Assembly (NCBI GenBank): GCA_000002445.1
Contig: AL929603.2
Span: forward strand, 672,001 to 736,000
Reading direction: 5' to 3'
DNA length: 64,000 nt
DNA from: Trypanosoma brucei
Lineage: Eukaryota
Part shown: positions 11,132 through 21,398 of the stretch, piece by piece
Position numbering within the stretch: position 1 is the stretch's first letter
Layout of the letters: each line of letters opens with the position of its first letter
The notes under the pieces: model-generated
The model's database searches: none
Told to the model about the DNA's origin: nothing
What the model saw: only the letters and a program-made list of their open reading frames with translations
Position numbers and translations under genes: made by a program

Positions 11132-12631
11132 ATGGCCATCGCTCCCGCCCTCCGTGATATGTTGGAGCGGAATACCATTCCACGCCGCCAACTCTTGGGA
11201 AGAAGATATCATGTAGTGACTGATATTGGCAAAGGAATGTTCAGTGAGGCTTTTCTGGTAGAGGACAAGCAGGCAGGCGGGGCACTGGCGGTGGTGAAGT
11301 CTTCAAGGATCGCGCAGGGAAATGCAGAGGGAATGAATAGGGAGCAACAGCTGCGTCTGGCCATTTCCGAGGCCCGCATTATGGCTATGTTCAATGACGA
11401 CGGCGTTGTACGACTCTTGGACTTCTGGTGCGAAGATGGAATTGATAGCATTTGTTTCTTAATGGAATATTGTGCAGGGGGGGACCTAGAGGCGTACCTG
11501 AGGCTCCGGTACCCACTTGCTGAGGGCCTTCTTCTGGTTTTCTTCGTACAGTGTCTCCTTGCTGTGGCGCACATTCACACAAAGGGAGTCATCCACCGGG
11601 ACCTCAAACCCGCCAACATATTGGTCGCAGAGGGGGACAGTGGCAATACCGTACCAACCTTAAAATTGACGGATTTCGGTCTTAGTGCCATGAACAATGC
11701 CGGCACCGCATTGGAGGAGCTCTCCCTCGTCGGCACACCACTGTACATGTCGCCCGAAGTTATACAACATGGAGCATGTGTCTTTGGAAGTGATGTGTGG
11801 AGTCTCGGTGTTGTCTTCTACCGCCTTATAACAAATGAACAGCCATTCAATGCATTGAACCAAAGGGCGTTGCACTTCAGTATCGTCAACACCCAGCCAC
11901 CCCATCCATGTAGTGTAGCGAAGCACTACTCACGCGAGCTCGGCGATCTCGTCATGGTAATGCTGGAGAAGGACATCGCGAAACGACCAACCGCGCGATA
12001 CCTCATCGCCTCGCCACTCTTTGAACGAGTCCTGCAGCGGTCCCCGTGGCGCAGTCGACCACTGCGTGGTGCCACATGTCTCTTCGTGTGTCGTACCGAC
12101 CGAACGGTAAACATCTTAGCGGAACCGCACTTTAGTGCCCCCATTGTGGCGACACTTGGCTTCGGGGAACACGTGTTTGTTTCGAATCGGTTGTGCGTTC
12201 GCACGGTGTTGAAACAGTGTAGCGTCACAGGAGCCGTGACTCGTGCCTTTACGTGGCTTCCGCCGCAGGCAAGCAACGGTGGAAATGGACGCAGTGACGG
12301 CGGTGGCGGCTCAAACCCCCATGCCTTAAACCCTTTCGAATGTTCCCACCGACCAGTCGCCAGGCCGCCGAGGACGATGCAAGTTACTGGTGAGGGTATT
12401 CTTTTGTGGTACCGTGTGGTTGGGCCGCGGGAGGGGTACTGCGCCCCGTCCGAGTGCGGGAGGAATTTGCTCTGGCATGTACATAACTACACTCCCTGTG
12501 GCCCGCTGCCCACTCATCCTGCCCCTGTGACAACGAATCTCCCGCGGCCAGTGAGCCCGGGGTCACCGGACAAGAAACAAACTTGGACCATAGGGCAAAT
12601 AATTTCATCATTGTTTGGCGCACATGGCTGA
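11132..12631 (+). CDS. Ser/Thr protein kinase, NEK-like, with a ~200-aa C-terminal extension
   Basis: Kinase motifs 'HRDLKPANILV', 'DFGLS' and 'GTPLYMSPEV' (NEK-type activation segment). 'MEYCAGGDLE' follows the NEK pattern. The glycine loop is 'IGKGMFSEAF'. Confidence 0.75.
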   Translation: MAIAPALRDMLERNTIPRRQLLGRRYHVVTDIGKGMFSEAFLVEDKQAGGALAVVKSSRIAQGNAEGMNREQQLRLAISEARIMAMFNDDGVVRLLDFWCEDGIDSICFLMEYCAGGDLEAYLRLRYPLAEGLLLVFFVQCLLAVAHIHTKGVIHRDLKPANILVAEGDSGNTVPTLKLTDFGLSAMNNAGTALEELSLVGTPLYMSPEVIQHGACVFGSDVWSLGVVFYRLITNEQPFNALNQRALHFSIVNTQPPHPCSVAKHYSRELGDLVMVMLEKDIAKRPTARYLIASPLFERVLQRSPWRSRPLRGATCLFVCRTDRTVNILAEPHFSAPIVATLGFGEHVFVSNRLCVRTVLKQCSVTGAVTRAFTWLPPQASNGGNGRSDGGGGSNPHALNPFECSHRPVARPPRTMQVTGEGILLWYRVVGPREGYCAPSECGRNLLWHVHNYTPCGPLPTHPAPVTTNLPRPVSPGSPDKKQTWTIGQIISSLFGAHG

Positions 12632-13284
12632 GTATCTATTCCCATTCCCCTGTCCATCTGCATGCAGTCGCCACAATGGAGCATGCAAATGGTGCCAAGT
12701 CCGGGGTTTCAACTCCATCTCTGTTGAGGGGGTTGGTTGGTTTCAGTCACTCTCTTTTGTTTACTTGCTTGACCGTTTTTCATCTGATGACTATTCTTTT
12801 TTAATTTGTTTTTGTTTTCACCTTCCGCACATCCTGATTGCTATGTTTAGTAACGTGTCACTCAGTTCAGTCTGTGAGCCCGGCGTTCTGGAAAGCGGAA
12901 AGGTGGTGAGCACAATATTTTCGCAGTGAATGAGGGAAGCTACGCAACCACCGTCATTGCACACCCTCGCCACCCCCTTCTGCTTCGTACAGGCAAATGT
13001 GCAGTCAAATGCCCTGTGTCTTTGTATACCGTGTACTTCCCTTTCTTGTTGTTTCTTTTATTCCATTATTGCTTTTCAGCTCTCATCCCAGTGAGTTGGG
13101 GGGGGGGGGAATCAGTCTGTTACCGAACAGTGCGCCTTTACCCCGAACTAAGCTTTTTTGTTCATTTGCTATTTTCTTTGTTCAAATGAACTGCGTTTAG
13201 GATTGGTTTGTCATACTGTGTGTGAAGAAATGCAGCCCATCTCTCACACTTCTTATCGTCCCGCTTATGCTAAAACATTGTGTC

Positions 13285-13317
<33 letters not shown>
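13285..13317. repeat. (TA)n microsatellite
   Basis: 'tatatgtatatatatatatatatatatatatatg'. Confidence 0.9.
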
Positions 13318-13541
13318 GCGTGTGACGCAATGCCGTTGCGTCTTCTTACTAGTTTACTTCTTCAACACATGTACCTCTACCCCTTTGTTTTTTGTTCTAC
13401 TATTCTTTTCCTTCCCGCCCTCTAGCACCCATAGAACCCACAAACCTAGCTTGTAGGTGCATAGGTATCGGTACACGTACAAGTATATAGTACATAAGAA
13501 GGATAGAACAATAGAAACGAATTGTAACCTCGTGGGTGCCG

Positions 13542-14459
13542 ATGCATGTTGTGAGTGAAATTCAGCGGCGCCCAAACAAAGCGCGCCTCAAGTCCGAGAA
13601 ATACATTGTGCACTTCTATTCTCTCTGTACACTCGTTCAACTCGTGTGTTTAATAGTTTTTGTGACTCAATTTGACATGGCCTCGAACCGTACCTTCACA
13701 AGCTCCCTGTGGGTCGAAAACCCGTTCGAGTTGGCACCGTCGCTTGTTTGGTTGTCAAAAAGATGCAGCCACAGCGTACAGAATGAGAGAGTGTTCGCCT
13801 TCACCGGCGTGTCGGTGAATATCTCCGATAAAGTCGTTGGAGTGATGTTTGCAGCCCTCGCTACGGAAATGCATGCGACGTTCTTCCTGGCTGTCACTGC
13901 GCTTCTTGTTGGTGCCATCAACCGCTATGCTGTCAAGGCGAACTTTTTTGAGTTTAAGTGGCGTAACTTCAACGTGCGGAAGGACTGTTTCTTCGCAACA
14001 GAAATTGTTCTTATCTCTGCCCTGCTCCATTCCGTCTTACTGGCGGAAGACACACATAGAATGCTCCATGATTACCTTGATCACTGCAACACGAGGTCCA
14101 GGGGCTTCTTGCCATACTGCTCCACAGTGCCAATGATTATTTTCATTACGTTTGCCTTTGCTACGTACTTTTTTGGCTTCTTTGTGTACATGTGGAACGC
14201 ATTGCCCAAGTATGGCATTATGTCAGATGAAGAGGTGGTGGAGTACAGAGAGTGGCTGCGCAGGCGAGAGGAAAGTGTGGCAGAGGTAAAACGCATGGAA
14301 GAGGAAGTCAGGCGGGCGAATACGAGGCTGCAGCTGATGTTGGAAAATGAAAAAAATATGAAATTAGGGAAGTCGACCTACCAGTCCAGGAGGCCGACAA
14401 TCCGCAGGGAGGCTTACGGAAGCAAACAGGGAGACGATGCACAGCAGTGGGGAACATGA
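13542..14459 (+). CDS. hypothetical multi-pass membrane protein with a charged coiled-coil C-terminus
   Basis: Track ORF starts at GTG 13536; the first ATG is at 13542, and another ATG at ~13677 begins MASNRTF. Several hydrophobic helices are followed by an E/R-rich heptad tail. Confidence 0.45.
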   Translation: MHVVSEIQRRPNKARLKSEKYIVHFYSLCTLVQLVCLIVFVTQFDMASNRTFTSSLWVENPFELAPSLVWLSKRCSHSVQNERVFAFTGVSVNISDKVVGVMFAALATEMHATFFLAVTALLVGAINRYAVKANFFEFKWRNFNVRKDCFFATEIVLISALLHSVLLAEDTHRMLHDYLDHCNTRSRGFLPYCSTVPMIIFITFAFATYFFGFFVYMWNALPKYGIMSDEEVVEYREWLRRREESVAEVKRMEEEVRRANTRLQLMLENEKNMKLGKSTYQSRRPTIRREAYGSKQGDDAQQWGT

Positions 14460-15335
14460 AGGACATCGCATGCTAACTGTAAGGCGTACTATTGAAACTA
14501 TTCCCCTCTTTCCGTTTGTTCTTCCGCAGTTTACTTGTCTCAGTTCTGCAGGCGGGGCTAGGCACATGAACGAGTGATGTCGTGGCGCACTTGCGTCTCC
14601 GTAGAAACGCAGTGCCGAGAGACAGGGATATTTGTGTTTGTCTGCATGGAGGGGTGTTGGGCAGTTCCACATACATGCACACACACACACGCAAACAGTT
14701 ATATCCTCACGTTCATCACCGCATATGTAACGGTTGGTAAATGTGCGTGTCGGACGACCGTGTATGGCCCTTGGTGTATCCTCTCACGTCCATATTAAAG
14801 GGTCTTCTAAAGTCTAAGAAGCTCATGTTTCCTGTTGTTGTTGTTTTGGAGAAGAGGCACTGTTTTGGAAACTTTAAAAGAAAGAGGCGCAAAGGCGTTG
14901 AAGTTGTATCGATACGGTGCGGAGTAAATAGAGTATAAAGCATTGAGATATACCGGAAGCAAAAAAAAAGGGGAAAATAAGCAATGAGATTTGAAAGATA
15001 GTTTTCATATACCTTCCCACGGGGTCTGCTCGCATCAAAAAGAGTGCCCCTTCTTTATTCCCTCTTCCTCTTCATTTGTCTACTGTTTGTCGCTATCCCC
15101 TCGAATGCATGCAAATGCCACTCGCGTCTTCCCTCGCTCACTACTCTCATTCACGCTTTATTTTTCCTCCTACCGTATTTCATCCTTTACTGCTACCGAC
15201 GTGTCAGGCACATATACGCACGATCATCCGTGGCCCACTGAAGAGGCGGGGAAAACAAATCGCAACAGCAAGAGGGAAAAAATAAATTAATAAATAAAAC
15301 ACCAACATAGGCGTACCTGTCACTCACGTTTGTCA

Positions 15336-16253
15336 ATGAAGGTTTATTTCACATACGAGGGCAAGGACGCCAACGGCGTTGTGGTGGACACAACTATTGT
15401 GGAGGCATACAAGTTGAAGGTGGATATCCCATCCAAATGGCTCAGTGGGCCATGCAAACAGCTGCTGCAATTTGTAGTCACAACATATAACAAGAAAGAC
15501 CCGGAGCAGCAGTTGAACCCAGAGGAACTCAGCATGTGGCTTGGTAATGTGGAACTAAAACCAACAGATATTGTGGAGAGTCGAATTAATGAGTACAACG
15601 ATATCCGTATCGTACACACACCGAAGGGACGGTCGGGACAAAATCAGCAACCAGAAGGTTCCATCATATGTACCAACTATGGCTGCGGCCAGTATTTTCT
15701 TCCAGGGGAAAATAACGACACAGCCTGCAAACACCACAAGGAGCCACCTGTCTTTCACGACATTGAGAAGTACTGGCGCTGCTGCACATCACGGCGGGCG
15801 CGCGATTGGGAAGAGTTTAAGGCGATTCCGGCCTGTTGCACGGGGCCACATAGCACAGAAAACCAAGCCGTTTCATTTGCAAGTGCCCCCGTAGCGAATG
15901 TGCCTCTCGCCTCTGGTCAAGCCGCTGCCATCACGGGGGTTAATAATGCCACAGCAGGGGCACCAGCGGAGCGCCGTACAACAGGGCCACGTGAATTCGA
16001 GGCCGCGGTACGCGAGAAGCGGCGGGATGAACCGCAGGCCGTTGTGGATGGAAAGGCAAAGTGCCGTAACTTCGGCTGCCAGCAAGAGTTTATTGTGGCA
16101 GATAACCACCCAACGGCATGCCGTTACCACAGTGAGGGCCCCGTGTTTTGGGACACATATAGGTATTGGAAGTGTTGCCCAGACAAAAAGTGTTTCGACT
16201 TTGATGACTTCGTAAAGGTTCCCGGATGCAGCGTAGGGCCGCACCTGCTGTAA
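15336..16253 (+). CDS. CHORD-domain protein (two CHORD zinc-binding domains)
   Basis: Track ORF starts at TTG 15330; the first ATG is at 15336. Two copies of the CHORD signature are present: 'C.NYGCGQYF...NNDTACKHHKEPPVFHDIEKYWRCC....W.EFKAIP.CCTGPH' and 'CRNFGCQQEF...NHPTACRYHSEGPVFWDTYRYWKCC...FDFDDFVKVPGCSVGPH'. Confidence 0.7.
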   Translation: MKVYFTYEGKDANGVVVDTTIVEAYKLKVDIPSKWLSGPCKQLLQFVVTTYNKKDPEQQLNPEELSMWLGNVELKPTDIVESRINEYNDIRIVHTPKGRSGQNQQPEGSIICTNYGCGQYFLPGENNDTACKHHKEPPVFHDIEKYWRCCTSRRARDWEEFKAIPACCTGPHSTENQAVSFASAPVANVPLASGQAAAITGVNNATAGAPAERRTTGPREFEAAVREKRRDEPQAVVDGKAKCRNFGCQQEFIVADNHPTACRYHSEGPVFWDTYRYWKCCPDKKCFDFDDFVKVPGCSVGPHLL

Positions 16254-16302
16254 CCCAGTTCACGATCGATGATACACTTGCCGTCTTTGAGAAGCTTCTG
16301 GT

Positions 16303-16351
16303 TGTGTTTGTGTGTGTGTGCGTGCGTGCGTGCGTGTGTGTGTGTGTGTAT
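16303..16351. repeat. (GT)n / (GCGT)n microsatellite downstream of the CHORD gene
   Basis: 'gtgtgtttgtgtgtgtgtgcgtgcgtgcgtgcgtgtgtgtgtgtgtgta'. Confidence 0.9.
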
Positions 16352-16962
16352 ATGCTTGTGAAGGAGCAAGCAAATGACACAATGCCTCTGGAAACGACAT
16401 CAAAAGGCTGATTGGTGGCTACTTGTTTTAGCATGGAGGGGATCACTTGTGTAAACGAAAGTTACAGTAACACATCTGATTAAAAAATGGCGTGAACCCC
16501 AGGAAAGAAAGGAGGGATGCCCCTTAGCGTGTTAGTATTCCCGCCGGCCCTGAAATGCATTCACGACTTTACTGAGTACTTTGCTGTAAAAAAAAAAAAA
16601 AGGAGCCAGTAACACAGAGAAGGGATGTCTCGAAAGGACAGATGCGTCCACTACCGTTGCTGTGGCGCCTCACCTAATGATAAACGGGCATCGGTGCCTG
16701 CACATAGGTACGCGAAAAAAGACTTAATTACTATTGGTATTATCGTGGGCAGCGGACTCAAGCACGAAGACCGGTTCCGTGTTTATTCTTTCCTCGCCCT
16801 ATACACATCTTCCACAGCGATTTTGTGTCACTAAATGTTATCTTTCACACCCCACAATTATGTACATTTATATATTATTATTATTATTTATTTTTTCTCG
16901 TCACCTCTCCCTTCACGTGCTTACATCGCACAGCGCCGTAGGAGCACGAAAGCCCATCGCCG

Positions 16963-17487
16963 ATGGCCGACAAGCAGGAGAACTACGCACGCACAGCGAC
17001 CGTCGATCTGACGGTGCAGCACGAGAAGGCCTACCAGCGCCAGACGGCCGTCAATGAGAACATTCGCACGGCCTCGAAGAAGCACGTGAACCGCAGCGGG
17101 CACATTCGTTACTCCAAGAAGATCGGTCTCGGTTTCGCCACGCCCAAAGCTGCCATCAACGGAAAGTACATTGACCGCAAATGTCCCTTCACGAGCAATG
17201 TGTCCATTCGTGGCCGTATCCTCCGTGGCGTAGTGCACTCCACAAAGATGCGCCGTTCCATTGTCATCCGCCGTAACTACCTGCACTTCATCCGTAAGTA
17301 CCAGCGTTACCAGAAGCGCCACCGCAATATTACCGTCCACTGCAGCCCCTGCTTCGATCCGAAGCCTGGTGATGAGGTGGTGGTTGGACAATGCCGCCCG
17401 TTGAGCAAAACAATCCGCTATAACGTGCTGCAGGTCGTCTCCAAGTCCGCCGCCGATAAGATGGGGAAGAAGTTTTCCAAGAACTGA
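16963..17487 (+). CDS. RPS11: 40S ribosomal protein S11 (uS17)
   Basis: Near-colinear with eukaryotic RPS11, e.g. '[33 protein letters not shown]', '[14 protein letters not shown]' and '[15 protein letters not shown]'. ATG start; 174 aa. Confidence 0.92.
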   Translation: MADKQENYARTATVDLTVQHEKAYQRQTAVNENIRTASKKHVNRSGHIRYSKKIGLGFATPKAAINGKYIDRKCPFTSNVSIRGRILRGVVHSTKMRRSIVIRRNYLHFIRKYQRYQKRHRNITVHCSPCFDPKPGDEVVVGQCRPLSKTIRYNVLQVVSKSAADKMGKKFSKN

Positions 17488-18154
17488 GGTTGCAGATGTG
17501 GAATCAGCGGTGTCACGCTTACGACCGCAGGGGCTGTGACGGAATTTGTCTCGGCGCTATAGTCATATGGATGAAGGAAGGAATTAGGGGCCAAAGAGAG
17601 GGGAAAGAAAGGGACGGTAGAAGCAGCAGCTGTATACCAATCGGAGTGGCGTGGTTGCACATGGTATCTCACTCACTCCAATGGGCAAATGCTCTTGTTT
17701 CACGTACCCTGCACATTTTACACCCTTTCTCCTTGCTTGGTAACTCTTTCCTTTCCTCCTTTCATTTTCATTTTCATTTTTTATAACTGTTTACTTGTTG
17801 GGCCGCTGATTAGCACCGGCAATGAAAGAAACAAAAGGAGGAGGGCAACTCCGTTGGTTCTTTCTTTGCTGGAGAATCCACTACAAGTGCTCTACAGTGT
17901 CACTCGCTACAAGGCAAATTTTCTTCGAAAAGTTCCCTTGCTTACTTCCCTTTTACCTCGCCTTCTCACTTTCTGCGAAGGTTCGCTTTAACTTGCCAGT
18001 ACGCTTGTGAAGCGGTTGACGGTTATTACAAGGTTTATTATATCCCCCCAGAGTCGAAGCGAAAGCGCTAAAGCAAGCAAAGGTACATCAAGAAACAAGC
18101 TGTAAAAGCACAGGCACGGGTATATATAGATATATACACAAAAATATCTAAAAG

Positions 18155-18820
18155 ATGGACGCATCCAGTGCCGCTACAACAAAACCCTTCCAAGGCAACG
18201 TCCGCTGCGAATGGTTCCAGACCCCCTCGCAGGTCACGTTCACCTTCTACGTGAAGGAGCGTCAAAGGGGTGATGTGCGTGCAGACGTGACTGAGCAGTC
18301 ACTCACCGTTTCGATCCGCCTCGACCCCTCCGGCCGTGAATATCAGTATAATGTCGAGCGCTTCTACGCCCCGTTGGCGGAGGCGTCCGCTACTATTAAT
18401 ATCAGTGGCATGAAGGTGGAAGTTCAAGTCCGCAAGGCCGTTGAACAGCAATGGCCGACACTTGAAGCTCCGGAAGACGACGTGGTTTTGCCCAGCACCT
18501 CAGGAGGAACCCCAACAACCTCCACCATTGCTGGTCTGCCAGCCACCGCAAAGGACTTGCCGTATCCGAACAGCCGCGGCCGCGACTGGAGTGCTGTAAA
18601 ACTTGATGACGATGATGAAAAACCAGAAGGGGACCAAGCACTGAACGCGCTTTTCCAGAAGATTTACGGCAACGGCACAGACGAGCAGCGCCGGGCCATG
18701 ATGAAGTCCTTCGTGGAAAGCAACGGCACGGTGCTTTCCACGAACTGGGCTGACGTTGGAAACCGGCACGTAACCACAGAACCACCCACCGGAATGGAAG
18801 AAAAGAAGTACGAAGGCTAA
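18155..18820 (+). CDS. SGT1: SGT1-like HSP90 co-chaperone (CS + SGS domains, no TPR domain)
   Basis: N-terminal p23/CS-like fold ('[20 protein letters not shown]...'). The C-terminal SGS domain '[48 protein letters not shown]...[10 protein letters not shown]' closely matches human/yeast SGT1 ('[44 protein letters not shown]'). Confidence 0.72.
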   Translation: [221 protein letters not shown]

Positions 18821-19544
18821 ACAGAATGCAGGAGGAGGCTAATGAAAGCGAGCGACGACGGGAAGGATTCAAAGTAAATGTGCAAATGCATCCCTCTTTC
18901 CCCAACCCACAACCCTCCATCCTCCACCCTCCGCCCTCCGCCATCAGGTTAATTGCAAAGGCAAAAGGGGGGTAGAAAACAGAGAACAGACATCAGTTGG
19001 GTGTGGTGGCAAAACGATAACGGGGGATCAGGGACATGGCGAAAGGGAAAGGGATTGCAGGAACACTCTCAAGGAAATTGGCGCCACGCGTGAACTATCA
19101 GCATCATCAGGTGTACTCCAATGTTCCAGAGGATAAGCTTATTGGGACCGTTTCCCATGGACGCAAGTTGCCACACTTATTATTATTATATTCACTACTA
19201 TTATTACAACTGGCACTGCCAGTTAGTCCATACTTTATCATACTTGGAAGTCCCTCACTATCGCTGTGTCACCACCTTTTCCACTGTCTCGCAAACTTAA
19301 TTTCACACTCCATGTGCACGAATTGGACTTGCATTTTCTCTGTTCTCTTCTCACCCACTAAGCCTCATACACACGTCATCAGATAGAAGGATAGAAAATG
19401 CGCCGTTACGACGATCCGCTCCGAGGGGGGTCGTCTTCTCTTAGCTGTGGTTTATTCGGTGTTATATTTGTTTATATTTGAATGTGGACACATGAATCAT
19501 ATCATACACGTCTCCATAATACCAGCCAATAAGGATCCGTATCA

Positions 19545-19712
19545 TTTTTTTTTTCCTCGTTCCCCTGTCTCAAATGTCTCTCTTCCTTCTTTCACTTTGC
19601 CTATTTGTGCATTATCTTTTCCACTGCCCCTTTTAGTCCCTCTCCTTTGCCTGCCTTGCCCGCCCTCCCCTCCTCCGAGGGCCCTGCCGTGCCTTTTTTC
19701 TTTGCGAAAGAT
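19545..19712 (+). promoter_or_regulatory. polypyrimidine tract upstream of the TBC Rab-GAP gene
   Basis: Long T/C-rich run ('ttttttttttcctcgttcccctgtctc...ccttgcccgccctcccctcctcc') ending ~80 nt before the first ATG at 19797. Confidence 0.45.
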
Positions 19713-19796
19713 AGGGAATAGTTCGCGAGGTGGAGACGGATACATATATATATACGAAAAGAGCAGACTATTTTGCATTCGAAATTGTCTAAGCTT

Positions 19797-21398
19797 ATGG
19801 TGCTGTCCGCCGCAATAGAGAAGCGGCAGCATCCCACAGAGCAGGGAGGAGAAGAGATGCAGTGGATGGGTTCTTCCCCGAGGTGTCCCTCATCGGTGGA
19901 AGCATGTCGCAGGATTTGCATCGGGGAAGGGTTGGCCAACAATGACGTGCGTATTAGCGGTTGGTTACTGCTCTGTGTGTCAAATACCAAAGAAGCAACG
20001 ACATCCCCATTGAGCAAGTTTGATAGCGCAGCCAACAAAGGATGCGGCACGAAACTTAACAATGATGTTGATGATGGTGACAGCAGCGGCAGCAATCGCG
20101 CAGAAGTGGGTGGCAACGGAAATGCAAGTAGCATGAAAAGCGATCTCCATGATTCTGTTAGTCGAAGCGAAGCACCAGCAGGGACGACTAACACATCCAG
20201 CTCGTCACTGAGTGAAACGCATGGTGACAGTGCCGTTGTATCGAAGCGGAAAGAAAAGCCGGTGGATGAAGATGTTGATGCGAAGGACCATGTGGAAGAA
20301 GGGTATGGAGATTCAGCACAACCGGTTGATGCCTTAGAGGAAAGTAGCACAATTTCTGACAGTTGGGGTGCGGATCTCCCAGCAAACTGCCACGCACGTG
20401 TTATAGTGGCCGATGTAAAGCGTTCTCTCTGGAAGTTGTACCCCAATGAAACTGTGCGGGAGAAAAAAAGGAAGATGCTATGCAACATCCTTGCACAAAT
20501 CCTCTCCAATAACCCCGAGCGGCACTACTACCAGGGACTGCACGAAATGGTCGGGTTTGTTATGTACGTGATGGAGGGAGCGAGGGAGGCTGACATAGTG
20601 GCCGTATGCAGCAGACTGTTGGTACAACAGTGGCGTTCCTTTAGTTGCAAACAGCTTGAAAGGTCACAGTCAATGATGTATGCCATGCATACCATAGTGG
20701 TGAAGGAGGAGAAAATCCTCGCTGAAGAATTGGAGGCTTGTAGTGTGGGACCTGAGTCGCACTACGCTATGCCATGGCTCATCACATGGTACACCCACGT
20801 GTGTGACGATGTTGAAGCTCTTAGCCGGTTGTTTGACTTTCTGGTGGCAAGTGAAGACGAGAACACTGTCATCTTTTTTACAGCGGCCCTCATGCTACAC
20901 GAAAGGGAACAAATTATTGGTATAATCAAAGAAGTTAAAAGTAGTTGCTGCGATTGTGACGACAGCGACGGAACGGCTACAGCTGAGGAAATAAATAAGA
21001 CGCTGGTGATGGCGCAAGTTTACTCCAGACTGGTGAGGTTACCGAAGGAGGTACTGAGGCGCGACAGGGCCAGAGACCTTGAAAGTATAATCCGTCGCGC
21101 CACCGTGCTACATGAAAAGTACCTAAGTTACGCGAATGACGTTCGTGGACGCTTCATGCGTAACATCGTGTCTGTTTCAACCACATCAGACAGCAGCGGG
21201 AAATGGCACCAATGCAAGCGTTGGTTGCGCTTCTCTTTGGAACGACGTTGGGTAAATGCGGGATTCATCTGCATCATTGCAATATTTGCTTTTTGGTATA
21301 GGGAGTCGACTTCAAGGGGTGTCACACTGTTGGGGAATTGGATAACTGACCTTTACACAGTGTCATGTAGCATAAGATCTTCAGTTTTCACAGTTTGA
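19797..21398 (+). CDS. TBC-domain Rab GTPase-activating protein
   Basis: Track ORF starts at TTG 19773; the first ATG is at 19797. TBC dual-finger motifs are present: Arg finger 'IVADVKRS' (IxxDxxR) and Gln finger 'HYYQGLHEMV' (YxQ). The N-terminal ~200 aa are acidic and low-complexity. Confidence 0.65.
   Translation: MVLSAAIEKRQHPTEQGGEEMQWMGSSPRCPSSVEACRRICIGEGLANNDVRISGWLLLCVSNTKEATTSPLSKFDSAANKGCGTKLNNDVDDGDSSGSNRAEVGGNGNASSMKSDLHDSVSRSEAPAGTTNTSSSSLSETHGDSAVVSKRKEKPVDEDVDAKDHVEEGYGDSAQPVDALEESSTISDSWGADLPANCHARVIVADVKRSLWKLYPNETVREKKRKMLCNILAQILSNNPERHYYQGLHEMVGFVMYVMEGAREADIVAVCSRLLVQQWRSFSCKQLERSQSMMYAMHTIVVKEEKILAEELEACSVGPESHYAMPWLITWYTHVCDDVEALSRLFDFLVASEDENTVIFFTAALMLHEREQIIGIIKEVKSSCCDCDDSDGTATAEEINKTLVMAQVYSRLVRLPKEVLRRDRARDLESIIRRATVLHEKYLSYANDVRGRFMRNIVSVSTTSDSSGKWHQCKRWLRFSLERRWVNAGFICIIAIFAFWYRESTSRGVTLLGNWITDLYTVSCSIRSSVFTV

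Noticed and set aside
16921-17391. 156-aa minus-strand ORF antisense to ribosomal protein S11
   Set aside because: The S11 reading on the + strand is unambiguous. The antisense ORF is an artefact of the stop-poor opposite frame.
19601-20509. 302-aa minus-strand ORF overlapping the TBC Rab-GAP gene
   Set aside because: It is antisense to a gene with recognisable motifs, and its low-complexity S/L/P-rich translation is what GC-rich coding DNA gives on the opposite strand. It has no motifs. Kinetoplastid genes do not overlap antisense.
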